Source of the DNA: an uncultured virus (IMG/VR IMGVR_UViG_3300021090_000018)
Lineage: Duplodnaviria > Heunggongvirae > Uroviricota > Caudoviricetes
Length of the DNA stretch: 20,000 nucleotides
Virus record (IMG/VR): IMGVR_UViG_3300021090_000018
Strand: one strand, 5' to 3'
The position numbers were made by a program, and so were the translations under genes. The notes under the pieces are model-generated. The model was given only the letters and a program-made list of their open reading frames with translations. It had not been told where the DNA came from and did no database searches. This document shows positions 1 to 7,316 of this stretch, piece after piece; positions within the stretch are counted from its first letter, which is position 1; every line of letters starts with the position of its first letter.

Positions 1-47
1 ATAGCGGAGGCGATGCGGTTGCATTCAAACAGAAAGATTGCCGACTA

Positions 48-485
48 ATGACCCAGACACAGCTCAACGATCTTAGCAGGTTTAATAAGTTCACTGCCTA
101 TACTGGCGATTGCATCGTCTGGACAGGGAAGGCCACGAGTGCTGGCTATCCATGTTTTTGGTTTAGCGGAAAGACCGTGCTCGCGCACCGATGGATCTAC
201 CAAGCGCGTGGAGGAGCTATTCTTCCAGGTCAAGAAATCGACCACATTTGCAAAAATCCAGTGTGCGTGAACGTCAATCATCTCCGCGTTGGAACGCACA
301 GGGACAACATGAAAAACGCGGTCCATGCTCAAAAGCAGTTCTGTAAATACGGACACAGATTTGATGAGCGTAACACCATGTACTGTCAGGGCAAATGGGG
401 CACGGCGAGAATTTGCAAGGAATGCAAGAAGAGGCGTTGGAAGAACTGGAGCGCGAGACGTATGGCAGGGGGCAATATCTCATGA
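48..485 (+). CDS. HNH homing endonuclease (HNH_3-like) with C-terminal Cys/His Zn-binding tail
   Basis: CIVWTG..GYP..HRWIY..EIDHICKNPVCVNVNHL..THRDNM is a typical phage HNH pattern; C-terminal CKYGH..CKEC; TAATG coupling to the upstream gene end. Confidence 0.9.
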   Translation: MTQTQLNDLSRFNKFTAYTGDCIVWTGKATSAGYPCFWFSGKTVLAHRWIYQARGGAILPGQEIDHICKNPVCVNVNHLRVGTHRDNMKNAVHAQKQFCKYGHRFDERNTMYCQGKWGTARICKECKKRRWKNWSARRMAGGNIS

Positions 486-847
486 TTCAGACTTTGTTCG
501 TTCCTGGCCCCTTGCCGGGACTCAACGATGTGGCCGGCAAGAAATCACGCTGGCACTATCGTCAACTCAAAGAGGAGTGGGGGCTGGCCATTGGAATCTT
601 CATCACATTGGCTAAACTCACGCCGATGCAACGAGTATCCATCGTTTTTCATTGGCAGGAGAAAAACCAACGGCGCGACCCAGACAATATCATGTTTGGG
701 CAGAAATTTTGCCTGGATGCGCTCGTGGCCAAAGGGATTCTGCCAGACGATGGATGGGCAGAAATTGCGGGGTTAGCTCATACGTTTGCCGTGGTACCGA
801 TGCGTCCAGGGGTACGCATGGAGATCGTGGAGGTAGTGAATGACTAA
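482..847 (+). CDS. rusA: RusA-like Holliday junction resolvase
   Basis: PGPLPGLN, RRDPDN, KFCLDALV..GILPDD motifs; start placed at ATG 482 (ATGA overlap with the HNH stop) rather than 395. Confidence 0.8.
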   Translation: MIQTLFVPGPLPGLNDVAGKKSRWHYRQLKEEWGLAIGIFITLAKLTPMQRVSIVFHWQEKNQRRDPDNIMFGQKFCLDALVAKGILPDDGWAEIAGLAHTFAVVPMRPGVRMEIVEVVND

Positions 848-899
848 CCGCGTGACGGTGACGAAACCCGTCCCCACGTTGCCCTATAAGGACGCCTGA
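840..899 (+). CDS. 19-aa minigene MTNRVTVTKPVPTLPYKDA
   Basis: GGAGGT at 829-834, ATG 840, stop TGA 897-899 overlapping the next ATG (TGATG). Confidence 0.45.
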   Translation: MTNRVTVTKPVPTLPYKDA

Positions 900-1111
900 T
901 GGATTGGATTGTGGGCGGCATGACCTTACTCGCGATGGAACTGATTGCCCGGAAGAAGTGGCAGGGCTGGGCGGTGGGCCTGGTCAACCAAGCCCTCTGG
1001 TTCTACTTGATCGTCTATCAACAGCAGCTCTGGGGGCTGGCGTTGCTCACGGCGGTCCTGACATGGCGCTACAGCGTGGCGCTGATGAAGTGGAGGCGCA
1101 ATGCTGCCTAA
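899..1111 (+). CDS. Small 3-TM membrane protein, PnuC/nicotinamide riboside transporter-like half unit
   Basis: Three hydrophobic segments; RKKWQGWAVGLVNQALW and terminal xxxW resemble a Pnu repeat. Confidence 0.65.
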   Translation: MDWIVGGMTLLAMELIARKKWQGWAVGLVNQALWFYLIVYQQQLWGLALLTAVLTWRYSVALMKWRRNAA

Positions 1112-1835
1112 GCCCTACTACGACGAGGACGGGATTACGATATTTTGTGCCGACGCACTCGAGATATTGCCAGCGCTGTCATTCCACGTTGTTGTCACTG
1201 ATCCTCCCTATGGTCTGAATTTGTCTAGCGGCATGAATGGGCGTCATGGAAAATGTGCCGTCTCTGGCGACCACGATACGTCGTTGCGAGATCGGCTCCT
1301 GTCCAATATCGGTGATAGACCAACTATTTTATTTGGCTCACCCAAAATCTCCAGACCACCATGCAGGGCTGTGCTGGTATGGGATAAGGGGGAGCATGTC
1401 GGCATGGGCGATTTAGCATTGCCGTGGAAGCCGAACTGGGAAGAAATTTACGTAATAGGCAGCGGGTTTACTGGACCAAGGACAGGCTCAGTCTTGAGGC
1501 ATTTGGCTATTGCTGGCTGCGTGGGTACGCGAACATGGCGGCATCATCCAACCGAGAAACCAGAAAGCTTAATGCGTGCTCTGATCCGTAAGTGTCCATC
1601 TGGCACCATCCTCGACCCCTTCATGGGCAGCGGCACCACACTCAGAGCCGCCAAGGATCTCGGTCGCAAATGTATCGGAGTGGAGATCGAAGAACGCTAC
1701 TGTGAAATAGCAGCTAGGAGACTTGAGCAGGAATGCTTGCCGTTGTCCATTGAATCAAGTTCAAAAGCGGCATCTTCTGGCGGAACATCTTCTCTGCCTT
1801 GGGATGGCAGTGCTCACACAGAACTACAAGATTAG
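1101..1835 (+). CDS. DNA N6-adenine/N4-cytosine methyltransferase, beta class
   Basis: VTDPPY (motif IV), HPTEKP, LDPFMGSGTT (motif I), IGVEIEERYCEIA; DPPY precedes FxGxG. Confidence 0.95.
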   Translation: MLPKPYYDEDGITIFCADALEILPALSFHVVVTDPPYGLNLSSGMNGRHGKCAVSGDHDTSLRDRLLSNIGDRPTILFGSPKISRPPCRAVLVWDKGEHVGMGDLALPWKPNWEEIYVIGSGFTGPRTGSVLRHLAIAGCVGTRTWRHHPTEKPESLMRALIRKCPSGTILDPFMGSGTTLRAAKDLGRKCIGVEIEERYCEIAARRLEQECLPLSIESSSKAASSGGTSSLPWDGSAHTELQD

Positions 1836-2295
1836 CTTGAACGTGGGCTTCGGCAGGAGTGGGGAAACATCTAACCGGAATCTTATGATGAACTTCCTTG
1901 GCTGGCTTCCGGCACATTTTGCATTTACCACCAGAAAGTTCACGCGCCGTTGTTCGTGCGGCTTTCCATCCACATCCGCGAGCCTGTCCATGCCCACCAG
2001 TCCAGCGCGGATGAGCTTCACGACGCTGATGCTTCGATTGCCATTCCGCCATGCAGAGATAATTGCAAAAGACTTTGCGAGAGTGGAAGTTGCTTGCGGG
2101 ACGGATCACCGGAGAGCCACACCACGCACATTTCTTTGTGGCTTTATTAGTTGGTTTGCAGTGCTTGTTTCCGCCTTGATGATAGCAGCTAAACGAACAG
2201 TACAGTTTATTCTGACTCTGAAATGTACCGAAAGATTTGCCGCACGTTGGACAATGTTTCTGAATCGTTCTTACTTCTCCCTTAAATCTTGGCAT
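1714..2295 (-). CDS. HNH endonuclease with N-terminal CxxC..YCSxxC Zn-finger repeats, antisense to the operon
   Basis: CPTCG..YCSFSC, CAWCG..FCNYLC, HPRWTGG, CKMC..EVHHKIP..NLVVLCEHCH; start placed at ATG 2295 just downstream of an extended -10. Confidence 0.9.
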   Translation of the reverse strand: MPRFKGEVRTIQKHCPTCGKSFGTFQSQNKLYCSFSCYHQGGNKHCKPTNKATKKCAWCGSPVIRPASNFHSRKVFCNYLCMAEWQSKHQRREAHPRWTGGHGQARGCGWKAARTTARELSGGKCKMCRKPAKEVHHKIPVRCFPTPAEAHVQANLVVLCEHCHPKAEKMFRQKMPLLNLIQWTTASIPAQVS

Positions 2296-2301
2296 GAACG
2301 C

Positions 2302-2310
2302 ATTATACCA
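2302..2310 (-). promoter_or_regulatory. Extended -10 promoter (TGGTATAAT) for a leaderless HNH mRNA
   Basis: Perfect TGnTATAAT on the minus strand, 6 nt upstream of ATG 2295; no SD in between. Confidence 0.7.
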
Positions 2311-2313
2311 TAC

Positions 2314-2382
2314 ATTGAGATTGAGGAGAAGTATTGCGAAATCGCCGTGCGCAGGCTGGCGCAGGAAGTGCTGCCGCTGTGA
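2314..2382 (+). pseudogene. Displaced duplicate 3' end of the methyltransferase gene (IEIEEKYCEIAVRRLAQEVLPL*)
   Basis: 17 of 22 aa identical to 1680-1745 (VEIEERYCEIAARRLEQECLPL), with many synonymous differences. Confidence 0.85.
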
Positions 2383-2391
2383 GCACGGTTC

Positions 2392-2517
2392 GCGCCTGAT
2401 CCGTTGAAAGGCGCCGGTGGTAGGGAACGATTCGCTGTCGTCCTCCCTCGCTGCACACACGAGTCGGGGCCTGGTGGGGTTGCTGATGTCCTCACGCTCG
2501 GCCAGGTCCCACTTGTG
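2392..2517 (+). other. Intergenic structured element (three stem-loops), possible ncRNA or processing site
   Basis: GCGCCT/AGGCGC; AGGGA-ACGA/TCGT-TCCCT; CACGAGT-GGGGCCTGG/CCAGGTCCC-ACTTGTG with G-U pairs on the + strand. Confidence 0.45.
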
Positions 2518-2528
2518 AGAAGGATGCG

Positions 2529-2846
2529 ATGATTCAACTCACCCTCGCTGCCGTGACTGTGACTGGCGCCGCGCTCAAAGAGGCGGGCCAGTCGGCCATG
2601 GAGCAGACGGATCGGGAGTTCGTCACCCGGATGCGAGCGGCGGCGAGGGAGATCTCCTTGGCAAGCGGATTTGTAACGGTTGAGAATCTGCGCCTGATTG
2701 CCGCCTCGATGTGCCTCGAACCGATTCATTGCAATTCGTGGGGGAGCGTGTTCAGGGGTCCGCAGTGGAAGATCGTGGGCCGAAAACGGAGTGCGATGCC
2801 GACGGCGCACGCGAGGGAAATCAAAATTTGGCAGTGGGTACCATGA
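2529..2846 (+). CDS. Hypothetical phage protein
   Basis: SD-like GAAGGA upstream; ATGA coupling to the next gene; high-GC3 codons. Confidence 0.8.
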   Translation: MIQLTLAAVTVTGAALKEAGQSAMEQTDREFVTRMRAAAREISLASGFVTVENLRLIAASMCLEPIHCNSWGSVFRGPQWKIVGRKRSAMPTAHAREIKIWQWVP

Positions 2847-3118
2847 GTGATGAGACATGGACACAATGGAAACGCGATCAGCAGGAACGCCGAGCGAAGC
2901 GGCTCCCGATCCGTACCGAGGAGATTCTCCATCTCAAGGTCCAAGGCTATGACGTGGAACAGAAAAGCGACTACCACTTTCGGATCAACGGCATCCTGGA
3001 TCTGTGGCCGATCCACAACCGCTGGCACCTATTATCGACGGGCGAGCGTGGTGGCGCACAAAACCTAGCTGATTTTGTGAAATCAAGGATTCATCCGAAT
3101 GAGCGCAAGAGCGGTTGA
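2843..3118 (+). CDS. Hypothetical phage protein (MSDETW...)
   Basis: ATG 2843 overlaps the previous stop (ATGA); protein-like composition. Confidence 0.75.
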   Translation: MSDETWTQWKRDQQERRAKRLPIRTEEILHLKVQGYDVEQKSDYHFRINGILDLWPIHNRWHLLSTGERGGAQNLADFVKSRIHPNERKSG

Positions 3119-3647
3119 TATGACCGGCGTGGTCAGTGGGCGGTGGACCGTCCTGTCCTATGCCGGAACAAAAGGCAGTGGCGGGATGGCAGTGTGGTTG
3201 TGCCAATGCGAGTGCGGCGAGATACGGGAAATATTCGGGGTTGTTCTCAGAAATGGGAAAAGCCTGTCGTGTGGCTGTTGGCAAAAGGAAGGCATTGCCG
3301 CACGCAATAGAAAACATGGTCTCTTCGGAAGCCGGACCTATGTGACGTGGCGCTGCATGCTTCAGCGTTGCTATAACCCAGACAGTCCGAGTTTTAAGAA
3401 TTATGGCGGACGAGGCATTTCTGTTTGTAAGCTGTGGAGGCAAGATTTCCGAGAATTTCTTCACGACATGGGCGAGCGTCCTGATGGGAAAACGTTGGAC
3501 AGGATTGATAACGATGGTGGTTATTCCACAAATAATTGTCGTTGGGCTACACCGATCGAGCAAGCGAACAATAAGCGGGGCGGAGCCAAGAACTTGGCGC
3601 TCTTTGTGAAGGAACGGATTCGACCCACGGAAGGAATGAATCAATGA
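3099..3647 (+). CDS. HNH endonuclease (CxCxCG / SCGC / YGGRGI family)
   Basis: WLCQCECG, SCGC, M.QRCYNP, YGGRGISVC, TLDRIDNDGGYS..NCRWAT. Confidence 0.9.
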   Translation: MSARAVDMTGVVSGRWTVLSYAGTKGSGGMAVWLCQCECGEIREIFGVVLRNGKSLSCGCWQKEGIAARNRKHGLFGSRTYVTWRCMLQRCYNPDSPSFKNYGGRGISVCKLWRQDFREFLHDMGERPDGKTLDRIDNDGGYSTNNCRWATPIEQANNKRGGAKNLALFVKERIRPTEGMNQ

Positions 3648-4138
3648 CCAATTTTTCGTACCAGTCCGGTGATAGATATGGTCGATATACACTTGTTGAG
3701 CAGTATCCTACTGACACGCGGCGTCAGGCTCGCTGGCTATGTCGATGCGACTGCGGCAACGAGAAGGTCGTCCGGCTTGCGCATCTCCGCCACGGAGTTA
3801 TTGTTTCATGTGGATGTTTCGGGCACGCCGGAAGGCCGAAGCACGGATGTTCACATAACGCAAACGTTCCTGAATACCTCGTCTGGAAGCAGATGAAGGA
3901 ACGCTGCTCAAATCCTGCAAATAAGAGCTATCCGAACTATGGCGGACGCGGCATTATGGTCTGTGAACGCTGGAAGGAAGACTTTGCCGCATTCTATGCC
4001 GACATGGGTCCTCGTCCGACTCTTAAGCATTCGATCGACCGAAAGAATAATGACTGGAACTATGAGCCAGACAACTGCCGATGGGCGACGAGTACTGAGC
4101 AACGCCACAATCGACGTGATGCGGAGAGGATAGCATGA
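3644..4138 (+). CDS. HNH endonuclease (same family as 3099-3647, tandem homolog)
   Basis: WLCRCDCG, SCGC, MKERCSNP, YGGRGIMVC, SIDRKNNDWNYEPDNCRWAT. Confidence 0.9.
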   Translation: MTNFSYQSGDRYGRYTLVEQYPTDTRRQARWLCRCDCGNEKVVRLAHLRHGVIVSCGCFGHAGRPKHGCSHNANVPEYLVWKQMKERCSNPANKSYPNYGGRGIMVCERWKEDFAAFYADMGPRPTLKHSIDRKNNDWNYEPDNCRWATSTEQRHNRRDAERIA

Positions 4139-4791
4139 CGAGATTTCCATTATATTGGCCCGCTGGCTGGAAGCGCACCAAGCCTGAGCTGCGGAAGTCC
4201 GCCAAGTTTTCCAAGCGCGTGCATTCATCGAGCGGATCGGGTGATACGTACCGTTCCTGGTCGAATCACAGTGAGGTGACAATTGCTGAAGGGACCAAGC
4301 GCGTTCTCGAACAACTGAGAGCCCTGGGTGTTCGTGAAGGCGATGCGATCATTTCCACCGACCTCAAACTGCGGTTGGATGGATTGCCGTACTCAGGCCA
4401 GCGTGAGCCAGAGAACCCCGGCGTGGCCGTCTATTGGAAGCGCGGCAAGGAGACACAGCACAAGGCGATGGCGATCGATCAGTACACCCGCATTGCCGAT
4501 AACCTGGCGGCGATTGCGGCCACGTTGGACGCCATCCGGGCCATCGAGCGACACGGCGGCGCAATCATCATGGAAAAAGCGTTTCTGGGCTTCCAGCTTC
4601 TTTGTGAGCCAAATAATTGGCGGGCGGTGCTGGGATTCACAGAGGATTGCGCTCCGACGTTGGATCAGGTGAAGCGAGAATATCGGATGCACTCCATGGG
4701 CGCGCACCCCGATCACGTCGGCGGCTCGGATGTGAAACAGAAAGAACTGAACTGGGCGATGGATGAGGCGAGCAAGGAATTGCAGCCATGA
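4135..4791 (+). CDS. Phage J-domain (DnaJ-like) protein
   Basis: N-terminal FPLYWPAGWKRT, PGVAVYW, C-terminal VLG..VKREYR..HPD..GGS..ELN J-domain with HPD motif. Confidence 0.85.
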   Translation: MTRFPLYWPAGWKRTKPELRKSAKFSKRVHSSSGSGDTYRSWSNHSEVTIAEGTKRVLEQLRALGVREGDAIISTDLKLRLDGLPYSGQREPENPGVAVYWKRGKETQHKAMAIDQYTRIADNLAAIAATLDAIRAIERHGGAIIMEKAFLGFQLLCEPNNWRAVLGFTEDCAPTLDQVKREYRMHSMGAHPDHVGGSDVKQKELNWAMDEASKELQP

Positions 4792-4955
4792 CCCGTGACG
4801 CATTGATTCGCTATGGGTGTGATAGCTGCAAGGTGCAGAATATCGGCACGTTTGTCTTTCTGCATGACGGGACAGACCCCGTGAAAATCTGGATCTGCGA
4901 GACCTGCCTGCGGCAGTTACGAGACTGGCCAGGGGACGAAGAGGTGTCCCCATGA
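4788..4955 (+). CDS. 55-aa Zn-ribbon-like protein (CDSC...CETC), absent from the ORF track
   Basis: ATGA overlaps at both ends; AAGGA SD; two CxxC motifs. Confidence 0.7.
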   Translation: MTRDALIRYGCDSCKVQNIGTFVFLHDGTDPVKIWICETCLRQLRDWPGDEEVSP

Positions 4956-5194
4956 CCACGCCGGCGCGGCTCGTGAGATATGAGGAAAGTGATTGCCCTC
5001 GCTGCAGGATCCCGGTCCCGCTCGATGAATGCAAGACTGGGGTGTTCGTCAAAGCCGCCGACGTGGAGGCGCTACTGAATGATATGAGACGGCTGTTGGA
5101 GCATGTGCCAGGGCATACCGACTGCGCAGACTGTCGCGCTGAGGCGAAGGCCCTCCTCGCCGCCCTGGCCACACACAAGGCGGGTGGACGATGA
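4952..5194 (+). CDS. Hypothetical phage protein
   Basis: GAGGT SD, ATGA coupling, CxxC motifs. Confidence 0.75.
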   Translation: MTTPARLVRYEESDCPRCRIPVPLDECKTGVFVKAADVEALLNDMRRLLEHVPGHTDCADCRAEAKALLAALATHKAGGR

Positions 5195-5373
5195 GACAAT
5201 TGACTCGGGTTGAGCGTGCCGCGATGTGGTTCTACCATAATGAGTACGCGGCACAATCGTTGAGCGCCATCGATTTCTATCAGCAGTTGCCTTACGACAA
5301 ACAGGCGCTCATGCAACAGATGGTGGATGAGATTCTAGGAGTCAAAACCATAACCCCCAGGAGGCGAGGATGA
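5191..5373 (+). CDS. Hypothetical phage protein
   Basis: ATGA coupling at both ends. Confidence 0.7.
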   Translation: MRQLTRVERAAMWFYHNEYAAQSLSAIDFYQQLPYDKQALMQQMVDEILGVKTITPRRRG

Positions 5374-5726
5374 GCAAGAAGACGTATGTGTTCTTCGGAC
5401 GCTATTCGAGCCCAGAGCCCGTGCTGGAGCTGATGATCGAACCATTGCCGTGCATCGCGTGGCCAGTGGCGCACCTGGAATTTACCAAGCTGCGTCGCAT
5501 GGAAATTCTTGCCGAGATGTTCAGTCAACGCCAGATGTGCGTCCCGCGCTGTGATCGAGGTGCTGACGTGATGCAATGGTTCAGCCGTTCGTGGATCGCC
5601 TCTTTGCCATTCATGACACGGTCGTCGATGGCCACGAAGCCGAAGAAACCGTTTGTGTATTCCGGTATCCATCCGCTCGATGCGTGGACGGACAGGACGC
5701 CATGCCCCCCAGGAGGCGAGGATGAG
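5354..5726 (+). repeat. Exact 21-bp direct repeat CCCCCAGGAGGCGAGGATGAG at 5354-5374 and 5706-5726
   Basis: Both copies contain SD + ATG and bracket the ORF 5370-5729. Confidence 0.9.
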
Positions 5727-5729
5727 TAA
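5370..5729 (+). CDS. Hypothetical protein
   Basis: AGGAGG SD and ATGA coupling. Confidence 0.65.
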   Translation: MSKKTYVFFGRYSSPEPVLELMIEPLPCIAWPVAHLEFTKLRRMEILAEMFSQRQMCVPRCDRGADVMQWFSRSWIASLPFMTRSSMATKPKKPFVYSGIHPLDAWTDRTPCPPGGEDE

Positions 5730-5916
5730 CAAGCATTTACAGCTAACGCCTCACGCGATTCGCGGCACCGTGACGGCCTGGTGGTACGAAGAAGAAAAGG
5801 GAATATCCGTCGTGCAGGAATTTCGAGACAAGAACGGCATGCTGCATATAACTGAATCAATACTGCTCCCCTGGACATCTATCCGTGGGGCCTTAAAGCG
5901 CAAGGATAAGCCATGA
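5722..5916 (+). CDS. Hypothetical protein (MSNKHLQL...)
   Basis: AGGAGG SD before ATG 5722; ATGA coupling downstream. Confidence 0.75.
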   Translation: MSNKHLQLTPHAIRGTVTAWWYEEEKGISVVQEFRDKNGMLHITESILLPWTSIRGALKRKDKP

Positions 5917-6260
5917 GTGACGCCCCCAACGCCCGCCCCCCTGAGGGCCGCGGCCTGCGGTGCGGGGAGTGGCCGAGGAAAGGAGCGAGGATGAATAAGC
6001 TAATAGCGTATGTGCCACGGCTCTTGCGTGATGAGGGAATGATCCCACTCTCAGACGTTTCTCATTATGACCATGTAGCGAAGTTGAAGACGTACTATCT
6101 GGCTGCTGACGTATACACGGCCCTCGCCGAGGCGCGTGCTCGTGGGCTGGAGGAGATGGCGGACGTCTTTCATGAGACGGGGTGGACGCGCATGTTGTCG
6201 TATGAAGATGCCGCTATTCGATGCCGTGAGCACGCCGCGAAAGTGAGGACGGGAGGATGA
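5913..6260 (+). CDS. Hypothetical protein (alternative start 5991)
   Basis: ATGA coupling at 5913; stronger AAGGAG SD before the in-frame ATG 5991. Confidence 0.7.
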   Translation: MSDAPNARPPEGRGLRCGEWPRKGARMNKLIAYVPRLLRDEGMIPLSDVSHYDHVAKLKTYYLAADVYTALAEARARGLEEMADVFHETGWTRMLSYEDAAIRCREHAAKVRTGG

Positions 6261-6661
6261 GCGAGCAGCTGATACGAAAGCCATGCCCGCGATGTGGCAC
6301 GACGCAATGCTTTGGTGTGGATGACAAAAGCTGTAGTGATTTCTGTATTACTCGACACCAACAAGAAAATGCCACCCTCCGCGCCGAACTGGCCCAGGTG
6401 ACGGAACGAGCGCGGCAGCTCGCGTTCGATAACAATTTGCTGAACCAAACGAATGAATTTCTCGCGCAACAGCTCGCCGAGGCGACGACGGAGCGGGATA
6501 CCTTAGACAAACTGACCTCGATGCAAAGTGGGAGTTTCACCATGTTGCACCAGCAGATCGCTGAGCGTGATGCTCAGATCACCTATCTCCAAGCCGTGAG
6601 CACACAGCAGGTGGAGAAGATTCGGGCACTGGAGCACGACCTGGAAGAGTGGAGCGGATAG
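6257..6661 (+). CDS. Hypothetical protein, Cys-rich N-terminus plus coiled coil
   Basis: GGAGG SD; CPRC..C..C..C followed by a heptad-like Q/E/L-rich helix. Confidence 0.75.
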   Translation: MSEQLIRKPCPRCGTTQCFGVDDKSCSDFCITRHQQENATLRAELAQVTERARQLAFDNNLLNQTNEFLAQQLAEATTERDTLDKLTSMQSGSFTMLHQQIAERDAQITYLQAVSTQQVEKIRALEHDLEEWSG

Positions 6662-6705
6662 GTGAACGCGAATGCCTGGCCTTGGTGCCAGGGAGTGCCA
6701 AAGCC

Positions 6706-6996
6706 ATGAGTTTCCGAAGCCCTAAACTCCTGAATGCGGCGAGAGATCAACCCTGCATGTTGTGCGGGTCCACCGGCATGACGGTCGCTGCCCATGCGAA
6801 CAGCGTGGCCCTCGGTAAAGGCACCGGCATCAAGGCCCCTGACCATCGAGTGGCGTTTGTCTGTGGGTACCATCACGACCTGATCGATGGTCGGGCCGGA
6901 CGTCTCAACAAAGAAGAGAAGCACGAGCTATGGATGCAAGCGTACCTCAAAACAATCGCGCTCTGGTTCGAGCGTGACATCGTGAGGGTGAAATGA
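6706..6996 (+). CDS. DUF1364/YbcO-like putative His-Me nuclease
   Basis: RSPKLLNAARDQPC..C..TVAAHAN..GKGTGIKAPD..AFVC..HHDLIDGR. Confidence 0.75.
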   Translation: MSFRSPKLLNAARDQPCMLCGSTGMTVAAHANSVALGKGTGIKAPDHRVAFVCGYHHDLIDGRAGRLNKEEKHELWMQAYLKTIALWFERDIVRVK

Positions 6997-7280
6997 GACA
7001 CCGAATGCCAGCACGTCCCATCACGCCGGACGCACTCCGACGTAGAGCCATTGCGCTCACACGCAATATTGTCCGGCAGGAACATCGTGAAGTGAGAGAC
7101 TGGAGGCCGACGTATGCCGACGTGAAGAAGTGGGCAAGTAGAACGGGGATCTGTCTTCTCTTTAATGATGCGGGCAGCCATCGAGCGTTCATCAGTATGG
7201 GCGTTGTAAAGGTCGATCCTGTGGACGAGAACGGGATACCGATGGCTGATTGGAACACCGAGGCGATGGCGAAGCTGTGA
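6993..7280 (+). CDS. Hypothetical protein
   Basis: GAGG SD, ATGA coupling. Confidence 0.65.
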   Translation: MRHRMPARPITPDALRRRAIALTRNIVRQEHREVRDWRPTYADVKKWASRTGICLLFNDAGSHRAFISMGVVKVDPVDENGIPMADWNTEAMAKL

Positions 7281-7316
7281 CCTGGCTTCAGCTGAAGAAG
7301 GAGAGGGAGCACCCGC

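Noticed and set aside
846..878. Hammerhead-like GACGAAAC with flanking stems
   Set aside because: No CUGANGA core; better explained by a minigene
1746..2313. Group I intron with antisense endonuclease in the MTase
   Set aside because: The interval is fully occupied by the HNH ORF and promoter, and the duplicated exon-like tail makes splicing unnecessary
1680..2382. DGR template/variable repeat pair
   Set aside because: Differences are synonymous changes at all bases, not adenine-specific, and no reverse transcriptase is in the window
2985..3692. 235-aa minus ORF, also 45-356, 4393-5316, 7812-8322, 8810-9388
   Set aside because: Antisense to well-supported + strand genes, with no independent signals
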